From: Opitutaceae bacterium
GTDB taxonomy: Bacteria > Verrucomicrobiota > Verrucomicrobiia > Opitutales > Opitutaceae
Assembly: GCA_028822375.1 (NCBI GenBank)
Contig: JAPKDW010000001.1
Coordinates: 1,843 to 65,842, forward strand
Reading direction: 5' to 3'
DNA length: 64,000 nt
Part shown: one piece after another, positions 46,888-56,605 of the stretch
How positions within the stretch are numbered: the stretch's first letter is position 1
How the letters are laid out: the number at the start of each line of letters is the position of its first letter
Position numbers and translations under genes: made by a program
The notes under the pieces: model-generated
Databases searched by the model: none
What the model was told of the DNA's origin: nothing
Seen by the model: the letters and a program-made list of their open reading frames with translations, nothing else

Positions 46888-48426
46888 ATGCTAGCTTCCC
46901 TAACACGAATTCTACTCTTGGCGACTGTCTCGATCGCCCTGTCCAAGGTCCACGCGGACGTCTCGACGCCTTCCATTTTTGGCGATCACATGGTCTTGCA
47001 ACGCAACCACGCCAATCCCGTTTGGGGATGGGCGAATCCCGGTGAAAAGGTTGTCATCACAATCGCAGGACAATCTCACGCCACCAAAGCCGACTCGAAC
47101 GGCGACTGGAAAATCGCTCTCGAACCGCTTCCCGCTGGCGGGCCGCACTCTATGGTCATCAAAGGCGAGAATTCTCTTTCCTATGCAGATATACTAGTAG
47201 GCGAAGTCTGGATATGCTCCGGCCAATCCAACATGCAATGGCCCGTATCGAACTCCTACGACGGAGACCTCGTAGCTGCCACCGCCAACTCTTCGCAAAT
47301 TCGCCTCATCTCCGTCCCCCAGGTCGGCACGCAAGAACCGCAAAAAGACTTCGATGGGCAATGGGAACGTTGCTCCACCAAGACTGTATCCAATTTTTCC
47401 GCCATCGGCTATCGATTCGGTCTCCAACTCCAACAAGCCCTCGGCGTCCCAATCGGACTTATCGACAATGCCTGGGGAGGTTCATCCGCAGAAGCCTGGG
47501 TACGACGCGACATTCTCGAATCCGACCGACGCTACGCTCAACTCATCGCAAATTGGGAAAAGACCGAGAGCGAGTTCGACATCGAAAAAGAAACAGCCGA
47601 CTACCAAACCAAGCTCAATACCTGGACCGCCAACGGCAAAGACGGCCAACGCCCAAGAGCTCCCCGCAATCCGCTCACCGGCAACCACCGCCCCGCGAAT
47701 ATCTACAATGGCGTTCTCCACCCAACTATTGGATACGGCATCAAAGGCGCTATCTGGTACCAAGGCGAATCGAATGCCAGCCGTGCCTACCAATACCGCC
47801 ACCTCTTCCCGCTCATGATCCAGCACTGGCGCGACGAATGGGGACAAGGCGACTTTCCGTTCTACTACGTCCAGCTGGCCGACTTCAAAGAGATGGTATC
47901 CGAACCCGGAGACTCCGACTGGGCCGAACTGCGAGAAGCGCAGACCATGACCATGGACGCTCTCGATAATACCGGACAAGCCGTTATCATCGATGTCGGC
48001 GAAGGCCGAGACATCCACCCGCGAGACAAACACACCGTCGCCAATCGCCTAGCACGCTGGGCCCTAGCAAAAGACTACGGAATCGACATCGTCCACCAAA
48101 GCCCGAATTACAAAAGCATGAAGGTCAAAGGATCGAAAGTAACCCTAACATTCGATCACGTAGGGCAAGGTTTGTATTCATTCGATACTCGGGAACCGAC
48201 CGGATTCTCTATCGCCGGCAAGGATGAAACCTTCGTTTGGGCTCAGGCTCGAATCGTCGACGCCAATACGATCGAAGTCTGGAGCGACAGCATCGATAAG
48301 CCAGCCGCCGTCCGCTACGCATGGGCCAACAACCCCCAATGCAATCTCTTCAGCCGCGACGGACTGCCCGCAACTCCATTCCGCACTGACGACTGGCCAG
48401 GGGTCACAGTCGACAACCATAAGTAG
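46888..48426 (+). CDS. sialate O-acetylesterase-family carbohydrate esterase, secreted
   Basis: GEVWICSGQSNMQW catalytic-Ser block, GAIWYQGESN and FPFYYVQLA. Signal peptide. Confidence 0.88.
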   Translation: MLASLTRILLLATVSIALSKVHADVSTPSIFGDHMVLQRNHANPVWGWANPGEKVVITIAGQSHATKADSNGDWKIALEPLPAGGPHSMVIKGENSLSYADILVGEVWICSGQSNMQWPVSNSYDGDLVAATANSSQIRLISVPQVGTQEPQKDFDGQWERCSTKTVSNFSAIGYRFGLQLQQALGVPIGLIDNAWGGSSAEAWVRRDILESDRRYAQLIANWEKTESEFDIEKETADYQTKLNTWTANGKDGQRPRAPRNPLTGNHRPANIYNGVLHPTIGYGIKGAIWYQGESNASRAYQYRHLFPLMIQHWRDEWGQGDFPFYYVQLADFKEMVSEPGDSDWAELREAQTMTMDALDNTGQAVIIDVGEGRDIHPRDKHTVANRLARWALAKDYGIDIVHQSPNYKSMKVKGSKVTLTFDHVGQGLYSFDTREPTGFSIAGKDETFVWAQARIVDANTIEVWSDSIDKPAAVRYAWANNPQCNLFSRDGLPATPFRTDDWPGVTVDNHK

Positions 48427-48463
48427 AGTGCCCGCCTATATGCCAAGTCCAAGCGCCGCATGA

Positions 48464-48940
48464 AAATGGGACGGCTCACAATTGCAGATCGAAGTCCCCG
48501 CCACTCGCGGACAATGGGGAATGAGCATGGACGACTGCGGCCGCCTCTTCTACACCTCCAATAGCAATCCCGGACTCGCTGACTTTCAACCTTTCGAATA
48601 CTCGAATCGCAACTCCGGCCACCTCTCGAAAAACGGTATCAACGTAAACGTAGCATCCGACAAACGCGTTTTCGCCAATCGCGTCAATCCAGGCGTCAAT
48701 CACGGCATTAGCAGCCCAATCGACGTCAAAGGAGTTGCCTGGAACAGCGACATGCCAGGCCACGGACCGATGCCTCAATTTCAAGGCAAAGGCCTTCCCC
48801 AAGTTCTTAGCTACATCCGAACAGCCTCGGGGAACAAAACCGATATCGTATCGGATAAGGAGATACGGAAGACGTTAGATACCAACAAGGATCACTCCAT
48901 GCCATGGACCGTGGAAGAGCTCAACGCTCTCGGACTCTAG
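48464..48940 (+). pseudogene. possible remnant of a PVC-type heme-binding / dehydrogenase-domain protein
   Basis: No ATG start. RGQWGMSMDDCGRLFYTSNSNP resembles the beta-propeller part, and MPQF...VLSYIRTASGNK resembles the tail of a cytochrome c domain. No CxxCH is present and the length is about 150 aa. Confidence 0.3.
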
Positions 48941-49070
48941 CCGAACCATTTCGATTGCTTGGACTCGTTTAGAGTCCAAGCTTAAAGCAATCGCCGTTCC
49001 CGCTCCTTCAATCAACGTTCGGTACTATACACTTGCGCTCGACCCATGAGCCGTCGATAAATCCACGCTC

Positions 49071-50384
49071 TTGAGCAACGCATCTTCACAGTCCAAACCT
49101 TCCGTAAAGTCTCTTTCCCTGAGCGTCATATTCCTGACGATTTTCATGGATCTAGTAGGTTTCAGCATCATTTTTCCGCTTTTCCCTGCAATTCTAGAAC
49201 ACTATGGCCAAAGCGGAATTCTGCTCAGCCTCACCGAATCGCTAGACGCTTTTTCAGAAGCGACGGGCGCTGGCGACCGGTTCACTCCCGTACTCTTCGG
49301 CGGCATTCTCGGATCGCTCTACTCGATTCTCCAATTTTTCTTCGCCCCGATCTGGGGAAACCTGTCCGACAAATTCGGTCGCCGATCCATCCTCCTAACC
49401 ACCACGCTCGGAGTTTTCATTAGCTACGTGATCTGGGGATTCGCCGGCTCTTTCCTTTTACTCGTCATCGCCCGCTTCATCGGAGGCTGCATGAGCGGCA
49501 ATATTTCCGTAGCCACCGCAGCGGTGGCAGACGTGACGACCAAAGAAAACCGCTCAAAGGGAATGGGAATGGTCGGAGCCGCGTTTGGCTTAGGCTTTAT
49601 CATTGGTCCAGCGCTTGGCGGCTTTTGCAGCCGGTACAATCTCCTCGAATCCCACCCAGAATGGGAAGCCTACGGGATCAATCCCTTTTCGGTTGTCGCA
49701 TTCATCTCAGCAGCGATCGCTCTCTTGAATTTCGTCTGGGTTAAACTTCGCTTCGCGGAATCCTTGCCAGCAGAAAAACGCGGACAAGGCCTACATCGCA
49801 GTCCGATTGCCCGCCTTCGGGAAAAGCTCTCCCCGGCCATCGCGAAAACGAACCGGACCTATTTCGTCTTCATGTTCGCTTTCGCAGGAATGGAATTCAC
49901 GCTCACCTTTCTAGGAGCCAACCGATTCGGATTCACGCCCACGCAAAACGCCTGGATGATGGTATTCGTCGGTTTCATCCTAGTCCTCGTGCAAGGAGGA
50001 CTGGTAAGACGCCTAGCTCCCAAGTTAGGAGAACGACGCGTCGCGACAACCGGCCTAGGGCTGGTTTCTGTCGGGCTCGTAATTCTTGCGGTCGCTCCTT
50101 CCGTTTCCATTCTCTACCTTGGTCTAGGATTTATGGCGTTCGGCATGGGGCTTTGCAGCCCGACGCTTACGTCAATGGTTTCGCTATTCGCTTCAGAGAG
50201 CGAACAAGGCCGTGCACTGGGAGCCTTTCGCTCAATCGGTTCGCTCGCTCGCGCAATCGGTCCAATCCTCGCTTGTTTCGTTTTCTGGTGGTTCGGATCT
50301 ACGCTCTTGTACATAGCAGGAGCCGCCATCACAGCGATCGCAGTAATTCTCTGCACACGAATTCCGAATCCGGTCAAAGAATAA
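49071..50384 (+). CDS. MFS transporter (DHA1 / Tet-like)
   Basis: Motif A GNLSDKFGRRSILL and 12 TM segments. TTG start at 49071: an in-frame stop lies at 49047, and TM1 precedes the first ATG. Confidence 0.85.
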   Translation: MSNASSQSKPSVKSLSLSVIFLTIFMDLVGFSIIFPLFPAILEHYGQSGILLSLTESLDAFSEATGAGDRFTPVLFGGILGSLYSILQFFFAPIWGNLSDKFGRRSILLTTTLGVFISYVIWGFAGSFLLLVIARFIGGCMSGNISVATAAVADVTTKENRSKGMGMVGAAFGLGFIIGPALGGFCSRYNLLESHPEWEAYGINPFSVVAFISAAIALLNFVWVKLRFAESLPAEKRGQGLHRSPIARLREKLSPAIAKTNRTYFVFMFAFAGMEFTLTFLGANRFGFTPTQNAWMMVFVGFILVLVQGGLVRRLAPKLGERRVATTGLGLVSVGLVILAVAPSVSILYLGLGFMAFGMGLCSPTLTSMVSLFASESEQGRALGAFRSIGSLARAIGPILACFVFWWFGSTLLYIAGAAITAIAVILCTRIPNPVKE

Positions 50385-50435
50385 CAGTTGCTATCCCGTA
50401 TTCGTTTACACGCAGATTGTTAGACCCGGCTAATC

Positions 50436-51683
50436 CTAACGCCGACGCATCGCGCAAACGCCCGAACCGTCGTGCCCCGATTCCCAAGGAAGACTCGTAG
50501 AGCTCTCTAATCGCTCGAACGCCTGACCGGTCGAGGACGAGAGAAAACGATCGATCGCCCCTTCGTTCTCATCTCCGTCGATGCTACATGTACTATATAG
50601 AAGCACTCCCTTTTCGCAAACGAACGACGAGGCCTTCTCAAGCATCCGCTCTTGAAGCCCCGCAAGCTCCTTGCTGTCCTCTCGTTTAAGGCGCCATTTT
50701 ACGTCAGGTTTCCGCTGCATAACCCCCGTATTGCTACAAGGCGCATCAAGAAAAACCGCCTCGAACGAACCGATTGATTCCAGGTCTAGGTTAAACACGT
50801 CGCTCGCCACTACACGGATTCGGCTTGAACCGAATTGAGCCACATTCGATTTCAACCGCGCCAAACGCGATCCTGGCAAATCCAAAGCGACAATCTCGCT
50901 CGCCGCTTCGCCCAGAAATTTGTCTAAATAAATACTCTTCCCTCCCGGCGCAGCGCACAAATCCAAGACACGCCCATCCACGAAAAATTTGGCAAGCATC
51001 TCCGGAGCCAATCGAGCCCCAGGGTTTTGGATATAAATCGAAGCAGCATCCAGTTGCTCTTGAACCGCTGGCCAAGCCTCCTTCGTCAGGTTGGAATAAC
51101 GCTCCCACTGGGAAGTCTCGCCGATCGCGACCGGCACATCCTCCTTCAAAGAAAGCGCGTAAAGCTCAGGCTCACGTTGATTCCATTCAGCCATCTGGAG
51201 AGCCCCTTCCAAGCCAAACTGCTGTTCCCATCGTTCGATAAGCCACAACGGATGGCTATAGCGCATCGCAATTCCCGCCGCATCCGTCGGCTCTACCAAA
51301 AGCCGTTCTGACATTCGGGCTGACACTTTCCGCAAAACGGCGTTAGCCAAACCACGCTCGGATTTACTGTACTTCTTTCCGATATTGCGAACCGCATGAT
51401 CGACAATCTGCGGGCCCTTTACCGGGTCCGACATTATTTCGAAACTCGCCACCAATAAGGCGGCTCTCAAACCAACACGCGGACGTTTTTTGACCCATTC
51501 GTCCAGTCCTGCCTCCAAAAATGCCCAATGCCGAACGATTCCGTACAGCAAAAACTGGCACCGCCGACGCGTTCCAGGGTCCATCGTATCCGGCAAACAC
51601 TCCATCAAATGCTGGAGTCGGGCTGGCTTTTTAAGAAATCGGGACGTTAATTCAGCCGCCCAGCTCCAAGAAGAATCGCTCAT
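50436..51683 (-). CDS. rsmB: 16S rRNA (cytosine-C5)-methyltransferase, RsmB/Sun family
   Basis: NusB-like N-terminus, DLCAAPGGKS SAM motif, FLDAPCSNTGV and LLYSTCS catalytic Cys motifs. Confidence 0.8.
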   Translation of the reverse strand: MSDSSWSWAAELTSRFLKKPARLQHLMECLPDTMDPGTRRRCQFLLYGIVRHWAFLEAGLDEWVKKRPRVGLRAALLVASFEIMSDPVKGPQIVDHAVRNIGKKYSKSERGLANAVLRKVSARMSERLLVEPTDAAGIAMRYSHPLWLIERWEQQFGLEGALQMAEWNQREPELYALSLKEDVPVAIGETSQWERYSNLTKEAWPAVQEQLDAASIYIQNPGARLAPEMLAKFFVDGRVLDLCAAPGGKSIYLDKFLGEAASEIVALDLPGSRLARLKSNVAQFGSSRIRVVASDVFNLDLESIGSFEAVFLDAPCSNTGVMQRKPDVKWRLKREDSKELAGLQERMLEKASSFVCEKGVLLYSTCSIDGDENEGAIDRFLSSSTGQAFERLESSTSLPWESGHDGSGVCAMRRR

Positions 51684-51773
51684 TTTAATGATCGAGTTAG
51701 ATTGTCTAAGAGACGCTCGTTGACAACTCCTTAAAAACCCTCCTCTCTTTAACTTTTAGTCTCTTAACTTCAG

Positions 51774-53636
51774 ATGAACGAAGAAGCCGTATTAGAACTC
51801 ATTACGCGTAAACCCGAGTTAAAACCTGCCAAGGCAAAACTCGAGTCAATGCAGCCTGGAACCTACTGTATTCACCAAAGCTGGGGGTTCGGCCAAATCA
51901 AAGATTTCGATGCTACCAGCGGTAAGCTGATCATCGATTTCGATGGCAAAGAAGGCCACCGCATGGATCCGGGCTTCTGCGTCGCGACGATGCAGGTTCT
52001 GCCTCCCGAGCATTTGCTTGCTCGCAAGGAGACCGAACCGGAAGCCATCGAAGCTATGGTCGCTAAACAGCAAGCCGACTTGGTTGTCGAATTGCTCAAG
52101 CAATACCCAAATGGGGCTACGAGCGCGATCGAAGTAGAGACCATACTTACTCAGGTAATAGGCGACGTTGCTAAGTTCAAGAAATGGTGGACCGCCACTA
52201 AGAAGATTCTCGCTAAGGATCCTCGCATCGCCGTTCCACCGCGTAAGACCGGTATGTACGTGCTTCGCGAAGACCCAGTCAGCATCGAGGACGAGCTCCT
52301 CGAAGAATACGCGCAGACGCAATCGGCTAAACGCCGTGTAGCGATCTCCGACAAGCTTCTCGAAATCGTTCAGGAAAAACCTGAGATCAAAGAGCAGCTC
52401 GCCGTTGTCCTTCATGGACTCGCCACCGCAGTCAAGGAAAGTAACCAATTGACCCCAGCCGAAAAGCTGAAGGGCGCTTGGGTTCGCGATGACTTAGCTA
52501 CCATACTGGAAGTCGACTTCACCGAATTCGAACCCGTTCTCAACGATCTCGTAGGCGACGTCTCAGGCCTGGACCTTCTCCTCAAAGAGCTGGCAACCAA
52601 CCTACAAACACGCGCTCTCAAGCTCATCAAGGAAGCGCATCCCGCCGACTGGAAAGAGATTTCGTTCAGCCTCCTCAAGAGCAGCAGCGGAAAATTCACT
52701 ACAGACACGGTCAACTTCTTACTCGAAAATGGATTCGACGAAGACATCCTAGAGACCTTCGAACGCTGGCAGACCGAGCAGAACCTCAAGGAACCGGTTC
52801 TCCTCTGGATCGTTAAGAACCGTAACTCCCGCAAATACGGGAACTTGGTTCGCCCAATGATTCGCCCACGTCTCTTGAACGCGATTTTCTTCGCGATCGA
52901 TTACGAAGCTTTGCAAATCGTCACTTCTCGCCGGATCCCGCTCGCGGATATTCTCAGCGAGGACAAGGAATTGATTCCCGATCTGCTCGCAGAGGCCGAT
53001 TCGGAAACTGCCCGTGACTTGGCGAACAATTTGCTTCTCAACCAAGGTTTCGAGGAATTGACCAAGAAGTCCCTGCTCGCTCGCTTCATCAAAATTTTCC
53101 CTGCAGTTCAATCGCTTCTGGAAACTGGCGAAGAAACAAAGGCTACTGGCCTCATCGTTTCTCGTGGAAGTTACGACAAGGCAGTCGCCGAATACGACGA
53201 TCTCGTATCCAAGCAAATTCCGGAAAACAGCAAGGCTATCGGCGTCGCCCGCGAGCATGGCGATTTGAAAGAAAACTCTGAATACAAGATGGCCAAGCAA
53301 GACCAAAGTCTCTTGCTCGCTCGACGCAACAAGCTGGAAATGGACTTGCAGCGTTCGAAAATCTCTGACTTCAGCGAAATCGGAAGCGACAATGTGGGCA
53401 TCGGCAGTATCGTCAAATTGCTCGACGAAAAGTCGAACAAGGAGATCACCTACACGATCCTGGGAGCCTGGGACAGCGAGCCCGATGCGCAGATCATTTC
53501 CTACAAAACGCCTCTCGGAAAAGCCATGCTTGGCAAAACTCCTGGCGAAGAAGTGGAACTGCATATCGAAGGTCTCGACAGCCTACTCAAGATCATCTCG
53601 ATCGAACGTTACGTCGACGTCGTAGCAGCAAGCTAA
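51774..53636 (+). CDS. greA: long GreA/GreB-family transcript cleavage factor (N-terminal about 460-aa extension)
   Basis: The C-terminal roughly 150 aa carry the Gre signature (REHGDLKENSEYKMAKQDQ ... ISYKTPLGKAMLGK). Confidence 0.8.
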   Translation: MNEEAVLELITRKPELKPAKAKLESMQPGTYCIHQSWGFGQIKDFDATSGKLIIDFDGKEGHRMDPGFCVATMQVLPPEHLLARKETEPEAIEAMVAKQQADLVVELLKQYPNGATSAIEVETILTQVIGDVAKFKKWWTATKKILAKDPRIAVPPRKTGMYVLREDPVSIEDELLEEYAQTQSAKRRVAISDKLLEIVQEKPEIKEQLAVVLHGLATAVKESNQLTPAEKLKGAWVRDDLATILEVDFTEFEPVLNDLVGDVSGLDLLLKELATNLQTRALKLIKEAHPADWKEISFSLLKSSSGKFTTDTVNFLLENGFDEDILETFERWQTEQNLKEPVLLWIVKNRNSRKYGNLVRPMIRPRLLNAIFFAIDYEALQIVTSRRIPLADILSEDKELIPDLLAEADSETARDLANNLLLNQGFEELTKKSLLARFIKIFPAVQSLLETGEETKATGLIVSRGSYDKAVAEYDDLVSKQIPENSKAIGVAREHGDLKENSEYKMAKQDQSLLLARRNKLEMDLQRSKISDFSEIGSDNVGIGSIVKLLDEKSNKEITYTILGAWDSEPDAQIISYKTPLGKAMLGKTPGEEVELHIEGLDSLLKIISIERYVDVVAAS

Positions 53637-53664
53637 GACGAATTCCAAACCAAACACTTTCAAA

Positions 53665-53695
53665 CCGCGCTTCTCTCTGGGAAGCGCGGTTTTTT
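53665..53695 (+). terminator. intrinsic terminator after the greA-like gene
   Basis: ccgcgcttc-tctctgg-gaagcgcgg followed by TTTTTT. Confidence 0.7.
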
Positions 53696-53786
53696 GCGCC
53701 CAAATGCAACAAGCCCTTCCGCCAAACCGGCCACCAACGCTTTTTAACTTCTTAAATCTTCATTCTTACTTCTTACTTTCACCTCA

Positions 53787-54728
53787 ATGAAACCTGCCTG
53801 GGACACGCTAAAGGTTCTCGCCGAACCAACGAGACTTCGAATCCTCGCCCTGCTTCGCCAAGAGGAACTCTCCGTCGCCGAACTGCAGGAAGCGCTTGAA
53901 ATGTCGCAATCGCGTATTTCATCGCAACTCTCAGTCCTACGACAAGCCGATCTCGTCATCGATCGGCGCGACGGAAAGAAGAGCTTCTACTCCCTCCGCT
54001 CAAGCCTCAGTTCCGCCGAATCCCAACTCATTGCGACCGCCATTCAAGTCGTCGCCGATTCCCCCGAACTCCACGAGGACACGGAAAACCTCGAACGCGT
54101 TATCCAAAAACGGCGCAAGGTTGCTGAAGAATATTTCGAGCTGATCGCCGGTCGCCTCGGGAAAAACTATTGCCCCGGCCGATCCTGGGAAGGTATCGGG
54201 CACATGCTGCTTCATCTTCTGCCCCGAGTTACGATCGCCGACCTTGGCGCTGGCGAAGGCATGATCTCGCAGTTGATTGCCAGGCAAGCAGAACAAGTCT
54301 ACTGTATCGACCGAGCTTCAAAGATGGTCGAAGTCGGCAAAGCGCTCGCCAAAGCTAATCAACTCGAGAACCTAGAGTACTTGCTTGGAGACATCGAAGA
54401 CGTGCCACTCGAAGACTCAACAGTCGACATCGCTTTGCTCAGCCAAGCGCTTCACCACGCAGATCATCCGGAAAAAGCGATCAGCGAAGCATTTAGAATC
54501 CTCAAGCCCAATGGACGAATCGTCATCTTGGATCTAAAAGAGCATACCTTCGAAAAAGCTCGCGAACTCTACGCGGATACTTGGCTCGGGTTTTCCGAAG
54601 GCAAGTTGCACTCCTGGCTAAAAAACTCCGGCTTTGACAACGTATCCGTATCCGTCGTTTCAAAGGAAACCAAGGAACCTGGTTTCGAAACCTTGCTCGC
54701 CACAGGAATCAAACGAGCGGTAAGCTAA
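53787..54728 (+). CDS. ArsR/SmtB-family HTH fused to a class I SAM-dependent methyltransferase
   Basis: LKVLAEPTRLRILALL...SVAELQEALEMSQSRISSQLSVL, then DLGAGEGMIS and LKPNGRIVILD methyltransferase motifs. Confidence 0.85.
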   Translation: MKPAWDTLKVLAEPTRLRILALLRQEELSVAELQEALEMSQSRISSQLSVLRQADLVIDRRDGKKSFYSLRSSLSSAESQLIATAIQVVADSPELHEDTENLERVIQKRRKVAEEYFELIAGRLGKNYCPGRSWEGIGHMLLHLLPRVTIADLGAGEGMISQLIARQAEQVYCIDRASKMVEVGKALAKANQLENLEYLLGDIEDVPLEDSTVDIALLSQALHHADHPEKAISEAFRILKPNGRIVILDLKEHTFEKARELYADTWLGFSEGKLHSWLKNSGFDNVSVSVVSKETKEPGFETLLATGIKRAVS

Positions 54729-54738
54729 CAAGGTTTCC

Positions 54739-56505
54739 TCAATAAAACTCCGCCATGAGGGAGTTATAAAACTCAAGTAGACGCTCATAAGTCTTAGAAG
54801 CGTCAGGCTCCGATAGGGCCTCTTTTGCAAGGTCTCGAGCTTCCACGATTTTCATGTTTTGCACTACGAATTTGACGTTTGGCAAAGAACCAACAGTGAC
54901 GCTCAAAGTGTCAATACCCAAGCCCACTAGCAACGGAACCATCACTGGATCGCCCGCCATCTCGCCGCAAACGCTTACGCTAATGCCACCGATTTTCGCC
55001 GCCTTAACAATCATCTCCAAAGTGCGAACCACGGCAGGATGCGTAGGTTCGTACAAATGAGCCACCCGATCATTCAATCGATCGACCGCCATCATGTACT
55101 GTATTAAATCATTGGTTCCAATACTGAAAAACGAGGACCCCTTAAGCAAAGTATCGCAGGCGATAGCCGCGCTAGGGATCTCGATCATCGCTCCGGAAAC
55201 AATATCCTCGTTAAACGCAACACCCTCTTCCCTCAACTCCGCTTTCGCCTGTTCGAGAAGTTCGTTCGCCTGCTGCAACTCAAAAACTCCGCTAATCATG
55301 GGATACATAATACGAATATCACCGTGAGCGCTTGCTCTCAATATAGCTCTCAGTTGAGTAAGAAAAACATCCGTATGTCCAAGGCAATAGCGAATCGCTC
55401 TGTATCCAAGAAATGGATTCGCCTCCTCCACCATGCCATACTCTGAAGACGATGGCACCTTGTCGCCTCCAATATCCAATGTTCGAATGACAATCGGCAG
55501 GCCCTTCATCGCTTCGACCGAGTCCCGATACGCTCGAAAGTGAGCCTCTTCAGTCGGCAATGAACGAGCGTTCATAAATAGAAATTCCGTACGAAATAAA
55601 CCGACTCCGTCCGCCCCTAATTCAATCGCTTTTTTTGCTTCTGCAGCCGACTCTATATTCGCCATCAACTGGACCTGATAACCATCCTGAGTCAAGGAAG
55701 GCTCTTTCGAAAGAACGAGCATCCTTTCTTCGATCGAAGTCCGTTCGTCCTTTAATTTTCCATACTTATAAAGCGTGTCCTTACTTGGGTTTACAATGAC
55801 GCGCCCTTCGTATCCATCAACCAATACGACATCGTCAGGACGCACCTTTTGAGTAATGTCTCCAAGGCCAACAACGGCGGGAATATTCATCGAACGAGCC
55901 ACGATAACGGTATGGCTCGTTTTGCTGCCCGCATCCGTTACTAAACCGAGTAAATGTTCCTTATTTACCGACGCGGAATCAGACGGGGCAATATCGTGAG
56001 CGACGAGTACATGCTTCTCGTCTGGACCTTGGACACCTTCAAGCGTCTGCCCTGTCAAATTACTGAGCAAACGCCGCAGCACATCGCGAATATCGCTCGC
56101 CCGTTCGCGCAAATACTCGTCGTCGATTTTCGCCAAAGCTTCGATGAACCGATTTCCCACAGCCCACACCGAAGCTTCGATGTTTTCCTCAGTCGCTTTC
56201 ATTTCCCGAATCGATTCGTCGATCAGGGCATTGTCCTCCAATACGAGCAAATGGGCATCGAAAATTCGAGCCTCGTCCTCTCCAAGGCTCTCCCGAATAG
56301 CCTCCTGGATCTTCTGGATTTGCTTCCGAGTCTCGACCAAGGCGTTTTCAAAGCGAGCCACCTCGCCCTGCATCTGACCTTCGTCAATCTTGTACTTCGG
56401 AACCGACAGCGCTTTCTCGCGAATCAGAGACACCGAACCATGAGCGATCCCCGGCGAAGCCGCGATCCCTACATACTGATGTTCCTGAGGAGAATTCGAA
56501 TCCAT
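54739..56505 (-). CDS. ptsI: phosphoenolpyruvate-protein phosphotransferase (PTS enzyme I)
   Basis: Phospho-His region GSKTSHTVIVARS, PEP-utilizer motifs GLFRTEFLF and FFSIGTNDLIQY. 588 aa, with no GAF domain. Confidence 0.93.
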   Translation of the reverse strand: MDSNSPQEHQYVGIAASPGIAHGSVSLIREKALSVPKYKIDEGQMQGEVARFENALVETRKQIQKIQEAIRESLGEDEARIFDAHLLVLEDNALIDESIREMKATEENIEASVWAVGNRFIEALAKIDDEYLRERASDIRDVLRRLLSNLTGQTLEGVQGPDEKHVLVAHDIAPSDSASVNKEHLLGLVTDAGSKTSHTVIVARSMNIPAVVGLGDITQKVRPDDVVLVDGYEGRVIVNPSKDTLYKYGKLKDERTSIEERMLVLSKEPSLTQDGYQVQLMANIESAAEAKKAIELGADGVGLFRTEFLFMNARSLPTEEAHFRAYRDSVEAMKGLPIVIRTLDIGGDKVPSSSEYGMVEEANPFLGYRAIRYCLGHTDVFLTQLRAILRASAHGDIRIMYPMISGVFELQQANELLEQAKAELREEGVAFNEDIVSGAMIEIPSAAIACDTLLKGSSFFSIGTNDLIQYMMAVDRLNDRVAHLYEPTHPAVVRTLEMIVKAAKIGGISVSVCGEMAGDPVMVPLLVGLGIDTLSVTVGSLPNVKFVVQNMKIVEARDLAKEALSEPDASKTYERLLEFYNSLMAEFY

Positions 56506-56605
56506 GAGTTCGAGAGCAATCGTTTGAGTAAAAAAGAGTAAGGACGAAGAAACCCACTTCTATTCGTCGCCCGCTTCAAGATGAAAGCCCATTCGCCTCC
56601 GTCAA

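Noticed and set aside
47214-47969. 251-aa Arg/Pro-rich plus-strand ORF, and other alternative-frame ORFs within 46888-48426.
   Set aside because: They are alternative frames of the sialate O-acetylesterase gene, whose own frame carries the GQSNM and GESN catalytic blocks. The composition is typical of off-frame translation.
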